Below, piece by piece: positions 9,488 through 17,623 of a stretch of DNA of 64,000 nt. The DNA is taken from contig CAUJCN010000002.1 in assembly GCA_963169855.1 (NCBI GenBank), positions 581,608-645,607 of the forward strand, given 5' to 3'. The position numbers were made by a program, and so were the translations under genes. The DNA comes from Patescibacteria group bacterium (lineage in GTDB: Bacteria > Patescibacteriota > Dojkabacteria > J137). The notes beneath the pieces were generated by a model. It saw only the letters and a program-made list of their open reading frames with translations. It was not told the origin of the DNA and did no database searches. The first letter of the stretch is position 1; the number at the start of each line of letters is the position of its first letter.

Positions 9488-10819
9488 TTAATAATATAAA
9501 TCGTTAAGTTCTGGTTGTTGAAGAATAAACCATTCATCTCTTTCAAAATTAGTGATTTCTTTAGTCAGAAAGTCCTTAAAACTTTTCATTACAATAAACT
9601 TTGAACCTTTCAATCCATTTATAATATCATTAGAAAGATCACTTCTTAAAACAACAGTAAAGTCCGCAGATTCCTTCAAAATTTTTCCAAGTTCAAAGTT
9701 CTTATCTTGATTCTCATCAGAAAGTTCTGGAATTCCAGCTGTAATCACAACTAACTTCTTTTTCAATTTGTCGGCTTGTTTTCTAGCTTCTTTAATTCCT
9801 GCCAGAGCCGTTGTAAAGCTGATATTATAAGAATCATCAATCCCATCAAACCCAAGAACATTGGTAAGTCGTTGTCTTCTATCAGGTAGTTCAAGTTTTG
9901 AAAGTGCATCGTCAATAAATCTCTGTTCAACATTTAACAATTCGCAAACTTTTAAAGCAAATGCTAAGTTGGTTTTATTTGAATCGGATAAATCATTTTT
10001 AACTTCAGAAGATGTAACTTCAAATCTACTTCGATTTCCAAAATCAATTTGATTCAACTCTAAGAAAACTTCAGATGTTGATATCAAGCTGGCAGTATCT
10101 TTAGAGTAAACGAAAGTTTCGCTAAGAGCTTTTGCAAGTTCATTTCTACCGTTAAATCTTATTAAATGCTGATCGCCAATATTAGTAAGAACTGCGATAT
10201 CAGGTTTTAAAATTCTAGTGCTTTTCCCAATTTCATCAACTACGTATGCATCAACCTCTGAAACCAAAAGTTCGGTATCTTTTTGAAGGTTGTTTTTAAT
10301 CCAAATTGCAATTCCAGTTGGTGTATTAATATTCCCAGGGATCATTTGTGTCTTGTATGAATACTTTACCAACTGGTGAACAAAGTTCTTTACAGTAGTT
10401 TTCCCATAACTTCCTGCAACAGTCACAACTTTCAGATTTTTCATTGAATCTCGAATCTCAGCAGCTTCTTTTCTAACTCCGCTTTTAACCCAATTATAGT
10501 AATAATTCAGAATAAAATTACTAGCTAAAACATAAAGAGGAATCAGAACAAAGTTAAAAGGTAGAAAGATCAAAAGGTTCAAAATAATAAGCAAAACAAT
10601 GTCAATGAGAAACAATGCCACTGCAAGAAATAGAGTAACTTTAACTCTTTTTGTGTACTTCAGATTATCTCTAACTTGGAAGTTTCTTCTGAAAAAGAAT
10701 TTTCGTAACCAGTAAATAAATCTATCAGATGAATATTCTTCTTGCTGAAGTATATACAAAAAATCCGCAAACGGAAAAACTATATTAAAGACTTTCGATA
10801 AATTTTTTAATAATTCCAT
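9488..10819 (-). CDS. murF: MurF-like Mur ligase with N-terminal TM segments
   Basis: AGSYGKTT, NINTPTG, DQHL, DDSYN; ATG 10819 chosen as likely start. Confidence 0.75.
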   Translation of the reverse strand: MELLKNLSKVFNIVFPFADFLYILQQEEYSSDRFIYWLRKFFFRRNFQVRDNLKYTKRVKVTLFLAVALFLIDIVLLIILNLLIFLPFNFVLIPLYVLASNFILNYYYNWVKSGVRKEAAEIRDSMKNLKVVTVAGSYGKTTVKNFVHQLVKYSYKTQMIPGNINTPTGIAIWIKNNLQKDTELLVSEVDAYVVDEIGKSTRILKPDIAVLTNIGDQHLIRFNGRNELAKALSETFVYSKDTASLISTSEVFLELNQIDFGNRSRFEVTSSEVKNDLSDSNKTNLAFALKVCELLNVEQRFIDDALSKLELPDRRQRLTNVLGFDGIDDSYNISFTTALAGIKEARKQADKLKKKLVVITAGIPELSDENQDKNFELGKILKESADFTVVLRSDLSNDIINGLKGSKFIVMKSFKDFLTKEITNFERDEWFILQQPELNDLYY

Positions 10820-11459
10820 ATGATAAAAAAGGTGATTCTTGAACAACTTGATGTCCAGTATTTTGAATAATTTCTAACTTCGAATTATTAATCAACTGAT
10901 TAATCTCGTAAGCAATTCTTAAAGGAACAGGTTCGTCGTTTTCTCCCCACAAAAGCAGAGTAGGAGTATTAATTTTCTTTAACAATTCTGTTTGATCAAA
11001 TGGAACAACCTTTCTGAAGATTTTTCCGAGTCCACGTTTATCTGCGTCTGTAAGATCAACAGAAATTTTCTGAGGTTTGAGATTCAATTTGTTACTGATC
11101 CATTTCAAAACCTTGTATTTTTTTATCTTTAATTTAGTAATTAAAGTTGGTCTGTAGATCGATGGAGAACCTGTCAAAATTAGAGCTCTAAGCCACTCAG
11201 GTTGCTCACTTGCAATGAAGGTTGATATTCGTCCTCCGAAAGAATGGCCGAGTAAAATTACATCATTTAAATTCATTTTTGAAATTTTGCTCATTACCCA
11301 AGAAGCGTATTCAGGAATTCCCCAATCATCAGAAACTAGAGGCTCGTCACCAAATCCAGGAAGGTCAATCGCAATGACTTCGTTAGGTTCAAATCGTGAA
11401 GCAAATTCAACCCAAACTTTTCTATTTTGTCCCCAGCCGTGTAATACAACTATTTTCAT
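10785..11459 (-). CDS. Alpha/beta hydrolase
   Basis: LHGWG, DLPGFG, GHSFGG, C-terminal GH. Confidence 0.9.
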   Translation of the reverse strand: MKIVVLHGWGQNRKVWVEFASRFEPNEVIAIDLPGFGDEPLVSDDWGIPEYASWVMSKISKMNLNDVILLGHSFGGRISTFIASEQPEWLRALILTGSPSIYRPTLITKLKIKKYKVLKWISNKLNLKPQKISVDLTDADKRGLGKIFRKVVPFDQTELLKKINTPTLLLWGENDEPVPLRIAYEINQLINNSKLEIIQNTGHQVVQESPFLSYGIIKKFIESL

Positions 11460-11607
11460 AATTTTAGTATCTCATATTAAGTAATATTTGGTGTACGGCT
11501 CGCCACATGGCGAGAATATCAAAATCCAAAAATCAAATCTCTAAAGATGAAACAGAAGAAACTTGACGTTTTAAAAAAATCGATTTTCGGTGATATACTG
11601 GAATATT

Positions 11608-12072
11608 ATGGAAATTCCTAAAACCCCAGAAAGAAGATTAACCTCAACTCATTTATCTGCAATTGTGGATGAGCTTGGAAGAGATGACACAACAGATCCG
11701 TATTTTCAATATGCTCCTGTGGAAGGTGTCTTTGCACACAATCAACAACTAGGTGCAAAAAGAAATAGCGAACAATTCTTAAGAGCACTCTTTAGATTTT
11801 GGAAGAAGAGTAGAGATTCTGATAGAGAACTTCCAAGCTTGGAATTTGTGGCGGATCTAAAAATTCATTTTAAAGATAATTTCAATTTGGATTTGTATGT
11901 GCAGAACTTGAGAGAAGTCGTAGGGAAGGTTAAAGAAGTCGAAGATGACACTTTTAAGTTGTATTTAAAAAAATTTTTGAAAATACTTTTCAACATTGCA
12001 TATACACATCACCGAGTTGGGTTTCAGCACATTAATGATATTGGTTTGCTGGAATCACAGCTAGAAATTTGA
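11608..12072 (+). CDS. Hypothetical protein
   Basis: ORF with TATACT 8 nt before ATG 11608; no family recognised. Confidence 0.55.
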   Translation: MEIPKTPERRLTSTHLSAIVDELGRDDTTDPYFQYAPVEGVFAHNQQLGAKRNSEQFLRALFRFWKKSRDSDRELPSLEFVADLKIHFKDNFNLDLYVQNLREVVGKVKEVEDDTFKLYLKKFLKILFNIAYTHHRVGFQHINDIGLLESQLEI

Positions 12073-12097
12073 TGTACACCAGTCTTTACTAAATATT

Positions 12098-12802
12098 ATG
12101 AAACTTTCAGGATTAATTTTTGCAGCTGGACTCGGAACTCGCCTAAGACCAATAACTTTAACTACACCAAAGCCTTTAGTAAAGGTAAATGAAAAACCAA
12201 TTCTTGAATATCAAATTGATTGGTTTGTTTCTTTAGGAATTTCAGAAATATTTATAAACACACATTATCTTTCTGCTCAATTCCTGTATCTTACAGAAAA
12301 ATACAAAGACCAATGTAAAATTATTCTAATAAATGAACCAGAGATTTTAGGTCACGGAGGAACTTTGGTTGAAGTTTTCAAACACACAGATAATCAAATC
12401 TTAACTTGCAATGGAGATACAATTATAAAAATTTCAAACGAAGATATTCAAAAGCTAATTGAACTTCAGAATGCAATTGTTCTTTACAAAAAGGATTCAG
12501 ATGTTTTGGGTTTCGATGAAGAAAACAACTTGATTAGACTAAGAGATATGAAAATTTCCAATTCTAAAGAAACATACTCAGCTGATTTTGCTGGAATAGC
12601 AGTATTCACAAAAGACTACATTGAATTCTCAGAACATCCCGTAGGATTTTTAGGATTGTTTGGAAATAAGGATATCATAGAAATAAACGGTAAATCTGGA
12701 AAACTAATCAAGGGCTTAATTCCGTCAGAAATTTCCAGATATGAAATAACAGTTCAAGAAGATATTCATAAAGTCGAAGAATTACTTAAGCAAAATGAAT
12801 AG
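12098..12802 (+). CDS. Sugar-phosphate nucleotidyltransferase (MurU-like)
   Basis: AAGLGTRLRPIT..PKPL, INTHYL, NGD. Confidence 0.85.
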   Translation: MKLSGLIFAAGLGTRLRPITLTTPKPLVKVNEKPILEYQIDWFVSLGISEIFINTHYLSAQFLYLTEKYKDQCKIILINEPEILGHGGTLVEVFKHTDNQILTCNGDTIIKISNEDIQKLIELQNAIVLYKKDSDVLGFDEENNLIRLRDMKISNSKETYSADFAGIAVFTKDYIEFSEHPVGFLGLFGNKDIIEINGKSGKLIKGLIPSEISRYEITVQEDIHKVEELLKQNE

Positions 12803-13349
12803 AGGTGTATTTGTAATAATTAGAAAACTGATCGAAGAACAGCACGTTTACTTGTGTTTAAATCGCCGAGATCCAGTTTTGAAGTATCCAGCTGGAGTCT
12901 TTGAATTACCAGGTGGTGGAGTGGATGAAGGTGAAGATTTAAAATCAGCAGTTACCAGAGAGGTTCTCGAAGAGTTGGGTTGGGATATTTCGGAAATCCA
13001 AGGTCAACTAAGCTTTTTTAGTGATTTTGCAAAACCTGGGTCGGAAAGTAGCTACTATGTTTTAGATCTTCCAACAGAATGGGATTTAGAAATCACTTTG
13101 AGCCATGAACACGTTGGCTTTAGCTGGAAAACGATTCAGCAAATAGATGGACTCAAAAGATACGATATGATCGCTCTGATAAGAGATATGATATGTCTTG
13201 TAGATGGAGATTTAACTAGAACAGGTGTTGATGGAGACTTTTACTTCGAATTAGCAGACGGAGCTTACAGATGTCGTTATGGAGAGAAGCGGATTTCACT
13301 TTCAGAGAACAGGGAAGAATTGCCAATTTCTTTACTGAATAAGGTATAA
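12795..13349 (+). CDS. Nudix hydrolase
   Basis: Nudix box GGGVDEGEDLKSAVTREVLEELG; LSHEH. Confidence 0.88.
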   Translation: MNRGVFVIIRKLIEEQHVYLCLNRRDPVLKYPAGVFELPGGGVDEGEDLKSAVTREVLEELGWDISEIQGQLSFFSDFAKPGSESSYYVLDLPTEWDLEITLSHEHVGFSWKTIQQIDGLKRYDMIALIRDMICLVDGDLTRTGVDGDFYFELADGAYRCRYGEKRISLSENREELPISLLNKV

Positions 13350-13369
13350 TTGGGTATTTACATTACCTT

Positions 13370-13864
13370 ATGAACGTTCTTTACATTCCTGGCTTTTCAG
13401 CTAAAAATTTAGCAGAAATGAATGTTAACTCACAAGCACTAGAATCTAGTGGGCATTCTGTGACAAAAGTGAATTGGGAACACTGGGGTAATCCGGATGC
13501 TTCTTGGAATCTAGAAATTGCCCTAGAATTGATAAGAAGTTTAAAGGTAACTCCAGACATTATTGTCGCAAAGTCAATTGGGACACTCGGAGCAGTGAAT
13601 TTTTTAAAAGAAACTCAATTCTCAAAAATTATTCTACTCGGTATTCCTGTATTGGATTTAAGCGAAGAAGATTTGAAATCGTATTCAGTATTGAAGGATT
13701 TCAAGAACAGAGTTGTTCTTGTCCATAATAGATTTGATAATCATGGAACTTTGGAAGATTTGTCAAAACACATAGATCTATCAGAATTCGATGTGAGAGT
13801 AGTTGAGGCGGATCATCATTCTTATCAATATCCAGAACTTGTAACTCAATTAGTAAATGAATAA
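13370..13864 (+). CDS. Small alpha/beta hydrolase-fold protein
   Basis: IPGFS; AKSIG nucleophile elbow; D and H. Confidence 0.7.
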   Translation: MNVLYIPGFSAKNLAEMNVNSQALESSGHSVTKVNWEHWGNPDASWNLEIALELIRSLKVTPDIIVAKSIGTLGAVNFLKETQFSKIILLGIPVLDLSEEDLKSYSVLKDFKNRVVLVHNRFDNHGTLEDLSKHIDLSEFDVRVVEADHHSYQYPELVTQLVNE

Positions 13865-15041
13865 TCAACCTTTAATTCTTGCAATAGATACTTCTTGCGA
13901 TGAGACATCCGTTGCAGTTTTGCGTGGTTTTAGAATACTTTCAAATTTACTTCCTTCTCAGGCAGCTATGCATCGTGAGTGGGGTGGAGTAGTTCCAAGT
14001 TTGGCTAAACTTGCTCATCAAGAAAAAATTGATGGTGTTGTGACAAGAGCTTTGAAACTTTCTGGAGTGCAGATCGAGAATATTGATGTTTTCGCTGTAA
14101 CTTATGGTCCAGGACTCGCAATTGCATTAGAAATCGGTATTAAAAAAGCAAAAGAGTTGGCCACAAAATACAACAAACCACTTATTGCCGTTAATCATAT
14201 GGAAGGTCATTTGTTTTCTGCTTTTGCAGAAAGGAAATCTCAAAAAGCAAATTTAGCCGATCAGCAAGAAGTAGATCCCGCATTTAATGCGGGATCTGGT
14301 TCCTTACCAGCACTGGGTGTTTTGGTTTCGGGAGGTCATACAGAATTTATTTTGGTAAATGGGTATGGTTCTTACAAGTTACTTGGAGAAACTTTAGACG
14401 ATGCATGCGGAGAAGCTTACGATAAATGCGGAAGACTTTTAGGACTAGGTTATCCAGCTGGCCCAGCTATTACCAAGTTTGCGAAAGAAAGAAGAAAATC
14501 AGTAAATGTTGAGTTTAAAAATGACATGCAATCATATGTAGCCACACTTACACATAGCTCGAGTAGATCCCTTGTCGAGCAAGGGATGACAAAACAATAT
14601 TCACTACCTGTTCCAATGGCGAATTCAAAAGACTTCAACATGAGTTATTCCGGTTTGAAATCTGCGTTCTCTCGTTTAGTTTCGGAAAACGAGATGACTA
14701 AAGAATTTGTTATGGATATGTGCGTTTTGTTTGAAGCTGTTGCTCTTAAACAAGTTACACTAAAGATTCAACAGATTCTAAAAACACATTCCGTTAAAGA
14801 AATTTGGCTGGGTGGAGGTGTGGTTGCCAGCCCACGATTACGATCCGAAGTCAGAAAAGTGTTCAAAGGAAAAGTTAGATTTCCACATACAAAAAAACTT
14901 ACAGGAGATAACGCTGCAATGATTGCAGTTGCTGCTAATTTGAAAGTTCAAAACTACGGATTTGATCATAATCCAGAAAAAGGGGTCTTCCTCAAAGATT
15001 TCGAAAAAATCGATCGAGACCCAAGTCTTACTCTTGCATAA
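13857..15041 (+). CDS. tsaD: tRNA N6-adenosine threonylcarbamoyltransferase, with two palindromic insertions
   Basis: IDTSCDETS, HMEGH, VSGGHT, GEAYDK, SYSGLK, DNAAMIA. Confidence 0.95.
   Translation: MNNQPLILAIDTSCDETSVAVLRGFRILSNLLPSQAAMHREWGGVVPSLAKLAHQEKIDGVVTRALKLSGVQIENIDVFAVTYGPGLAIALEIGIKKAKELATKYNKPLIAVNHMEGHLFSAFAERKSQKANLADQQEVDPAFNAGSGSLPALGVLVSGGHTEFILVNGYGSYKLLGETLDDACGEAYDKCGRLLGLGYPAGPAITKFAKERRKSVNVEFKNDMQSYVATLTHSSSRSLVEQGMTKQYSLPVPMANSKDFNMSYSGLKSAFSRLVSENEMTKEFVMDMCVLFEAVALKQVTLKIQQILKTHSVKEIWLGGGVVASPRLRSEVRKVFKGKVRFPHTKKLTGDNAAMIAVAANLKVQNYGFDHNPEKGVFLKDFEKIDRDPSLTLA
14273..14297. repeat. REP-like palindrome inside tsaD
   Basis: AGATCCCGCAT-TTA-ATGCGGGATCT, perfect 11-bp stem. 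Confidence 0.75.
14565..14591. repeat. TGACA-tagged REP-like palindrome inside tsaD
   Basis: AGATCCCTTG-TCGAG-CAAGGGATGACA. Confidence 0.75.
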
Positions 15042-15066
15042 TCCAACATACATGATATTATCCACG

Positions 15067-15212
15067 TATCCCAAGGACGTCCAGCCTAGGGAAATCCTTA
15101 AGGAAAGGAGGAGCTTCATCATGATGAGCTGCTGCTTTACCGCCACCTAGTCGCAGGCCGTGACATGGTGGCACCTTAACCGAGGCGCAGGAGGAAACCC
15201 CTCCTGCGTCTC
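15067..15212 (+). ncRNA. Candidate GC-rich structured small RNA or sORF transcript
   Basis: About 57% GC; four successive hairpins; TGaTATTAT just upstream; ends in a 13-bp stem. Confidence 0.4.
15182..15212. terminator. Strong hairpin between convergent units
   Basis: GAGGCGCAGGAGG-AAACC-CCTCCTGCGTCTC; no clear U tract. Confidence 0.55.
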
Positions 15213-15218
15213 ACAAAC

Positions 15219-16001
15219 CTAGAAAGGAAAACTATGAACTTCTCCAGAACGTGTCTTCACCAAAATCTTCGAGTTAGATGAATTAGAGAAATTATGAAAA
15301 TCTAAGTCATGAACATTAGAATGAGAATCTTCAGAAAGAATATGAGCTTTTGTTAAGGAATCAGTATTAATCAAAACAAAATCAGGATCAGTGAAGAGAG
15401 GAGTATGGCCGAACTTTGTAGAACTTTGTTTTGGCGTACTTCGATCGTATTCAGAAATAATTACAGCACTATTTGCAATTCCTAAATCAGAATCATGTTG
15501 GGCTGTTCCAAGTTGTGGAATTTGAATTCTCCATTCTTCATTTCCAGTTGCAGAATACAAATTTGAGTAAAGGATTAGAAAGTCATCAAAGTTATTTTCT
15601 GCAGAAAGAAAGTGTTTTACCGCATCAAGAATGAAAGGTGTTTTAATTCCGCGAGAGTTGAAGGTAAGTTCGTTATCCTTTACAATTTTGTTTCTTTCTC
15701 TGTCTATCTGCAAAAAGAATCCACCAGTATCGTCACTAAAGAAATGTTTATCGGGATTAATCTTTTGAACCTCAATTAACAAATCTAGAAATTTTATAAA
15801 CTCAGGAGAAACATCAATTGGTAATCCAGTTTCAGAATGATTGAATTTATTGGCGGAACTTCCTTTTACTGCAGAGTTCAAATCATTGTCGGTAAACTTA
15901 ATAAAAGATGAAAGTGCTTCTGCGAATTTATCAGGAACTTCTGATCTTGATCGCAACAACACTTCGCTAGTACCGTAAGGAAATCGGATTTGATATATCA
16001 T
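15219..16001 (-). CDS. Divergent ApbE-like protein
   Basis: ANKFN..PIDVSPEFIKFL, DDFLI..LYSATG..WRIQI resemble the ApbE scaffold; GGxxKG and HHLIxP motifs not seen. Confidence 0.5.
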   Translation of the reverse strand: MIYQIRFPYGTSEVLLRSRSEVPDKFAEALSSFIKFTDNDLNSAVKGSSANKFNHSETGLPIDVSPEFIKFLDLLIEVQKINPDKHFFSDDTGGFFLQIDRERNKIVKDNELTFNSRGIKTPFILDAVKHFLSAENNFDDFLILYSNLYSATGNEEWRIQIPQLGTAQHDSDLGIANSAVIISEYDRSTPKQSSTKFGHTPLFTDPDFVLINTDSLTKAHILSEDSHSNVHDLDFHNFSNSSNSKILVKTRSGEVHSFPF

Positions 16002-16174
16002 ATAGATAGTATAAGGTAAAAGGGGTAAAGATCAAAGATAAAAGATTAAACTTCAAATCTCGACAGTAGTTCAAATATTTTCTACCTTTTGGTTTTGTTC
16101 TTTTAACCTTTTAAAATTGGCGATTACTTGAACTTTCCTTTATTATGTAAGTAGAAAAATCTTAGTGTATACAA

Positions 16175-16738
16175 ATGCCAGTTAAACGACCTTTTAATTT
16201 ACTACAACCCATTAAACCAGCACTCACATTGTGGGACAAAATTTACGACTGGGTTTTATGGAGAGCGAGAATTGTAATTCTGGTAACAATAATTCTAATT
16301 ACTGGGATTTTCGTTGGGAAAGTCGTTGTGGATACAGATGCAAAAAACAAAACTAAAGAAATTGCTTCTGTAGAATCAAGATTGAAGGTTTTAGAAACAG
16401 CATATGAATCTGAATTCAGAAATCTTTTTAGAAGAGAAGATGATTACGAAGAACTTTGGAATGTTGGTTCAGCTTACACAGCAGTTATTCAAGAAATAGG
16501 AAGTTACATAGGAGGAAATGTAAATTTAAATGTAAGAGTTCAAGATAACAAAATTACTATTTTTGGAACTGAAGATTTGAGTGTATTAAATCAAGTAGAG
16601 GTAGCGATGAAAAGTTCTACTTCTTTCAAAAACGTTTTTGTAAACAGCTTAACAGTTGATTCGGGACAAGAAGGTTTGAACCAAGGAGATTATATTTTAT
16701 CTGCAGAAATAGTTGCAGCCGAAAGACCACAATTGTAA
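16175..16738 (+). CDS. PilN-like type IV pilus assembly protein
   Basis: FNLLQP N-terminus, single TM, coiled coil, ferredoxin-like C-terminus (FKNV). Confidence 0.65.
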   Translation: MPVKRPFNLLQPIKPALTLWDKIYDWVLWRARIVILVTIILITGIFVGKVVVDTDAKNKTKEIASVESRLKVLETAYESEFRNLFRREDDYEELWNVGSAYTAVIQEIGSYIGGNVNLNVRVQDNKITIFGTEDLSVLNQVEVAMKSSTSFKNVFVNSLTVDSGQEGLNQGDYILSAEIVAAERPQL

Positions 16739-17379
16739 TGGACGCACAAAAATCTAGACGACAAAGATTAAACGAATTATTAGAAACCACAAAAGGTAAA
16801 ACCTACTTTGTTGTTTTCGTAACGTTTGGATTTACAGCTTTGATGATTTTGATGGGATTACTTCCTTCATACTCAGCATTTGTAAAACAGTTAGAGCAGA
16901 ATCAGCGTAGAGCAGAGCATATAACAAATCTAAAAGGAAAACTAAGCGTGATGGAAGATCTTGTTGTTGAGAACCAAGAAAAAGAAGCAATCAAAAACAT
17001 TTTCAACAAAATTATGCCAAACGGATTTAATCAAGTTGATTATGTTTTAGAGATAGAGGAGTTCGCTAGAACAAGCGGATTAGGTTTGAATGGATTAACT
17101 TTTGCAATTTCTGATGATGTAGCAAATTCTATTCCAAGTGTTCGATTAGACGACAAAGTAAGAGGAATGATGATTAATATTCAATTAGATGGAGATAGAG
17201 AAGCTTTGCCTGAATTCATTCTAGATTTAGAAAACTCGATCAGGCTTTACACAATTAAAGATTTGACGTCAATTAGAAAATCAGATGGAGAGCTTGCCGA
17301 AGATGGATTCTTGCGACCTTACAGATTTACGCTTTTAGTAGAAACTTATTATTTCGACACACAAGTACAAGATGAATAA
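16738..17379 (+). CDS. PilO-like protein
   Basis: TM, coiled coil, FILDLENSIRL motif; coupled to PilN-like gene. Confidence 0.7.
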   Translation: MDAQKSRRQRLNELLETTKGKTYFVVFVTFGFTALMILMGLLPSYSAFVKQLEQNQRRAEHITNLKGKLSVMEDLVVENQEKEAIKNIFNKIMPNGFNQVDYVLEIEEFARTSGLGLNGLTFAISDDVANSIPSVRLDDKVRGMMINIQLDGDREALPEFILDLENSIRLYTIKDLTSIRKSDGELAEDGFLRPYRFTLLVETYYFDTQVQDE

Positions 17380-17620
17380 AGCCTGGAGAAACTTATTAAT
17401 AATCGGAATTATAGCTTTGGGAGCAACTATTGCTTGGGAAATATATCAAGCTGCGGATGGTGGAAGGGAGAACTTCAATCCATTTGTAAATCAACTTCCA
17501 AACGACGAATTATTCTCAGATGAACTTGAAAAACACATTCAAGATGGCCAAGCAAATCTTGTTCTAAACGAACCTGTTGTTCAAGAAACTGACGAAACTA
17601 TTTTAGAGACTGAAGAATAA
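17372..17620 (+). CDS. Small membrane-anchored protein (PilP position)
   Basis: N-terminal TM; RENFNPF motif; third gene of the operon. Confidence 0.45.
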   Translation: MNKAWRNLLIIGIIALGATIAWEIYQAADGGRENFNPFVNQLPNDELFSDELEKHIQDGQANLVLNEPVVQETDETILETEE

Positions 17621-17623
17621 TTT

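Noticed and set aside
15121-15221. Stop-codon readthrough of the MMSCCFTAT ORF, or an alternative genetic code
   Set aside because: The readthrough product runs through the terminal hairpin and looks non-protein-like; TAG, TGA and TAA all end ordinary ORFs in this window
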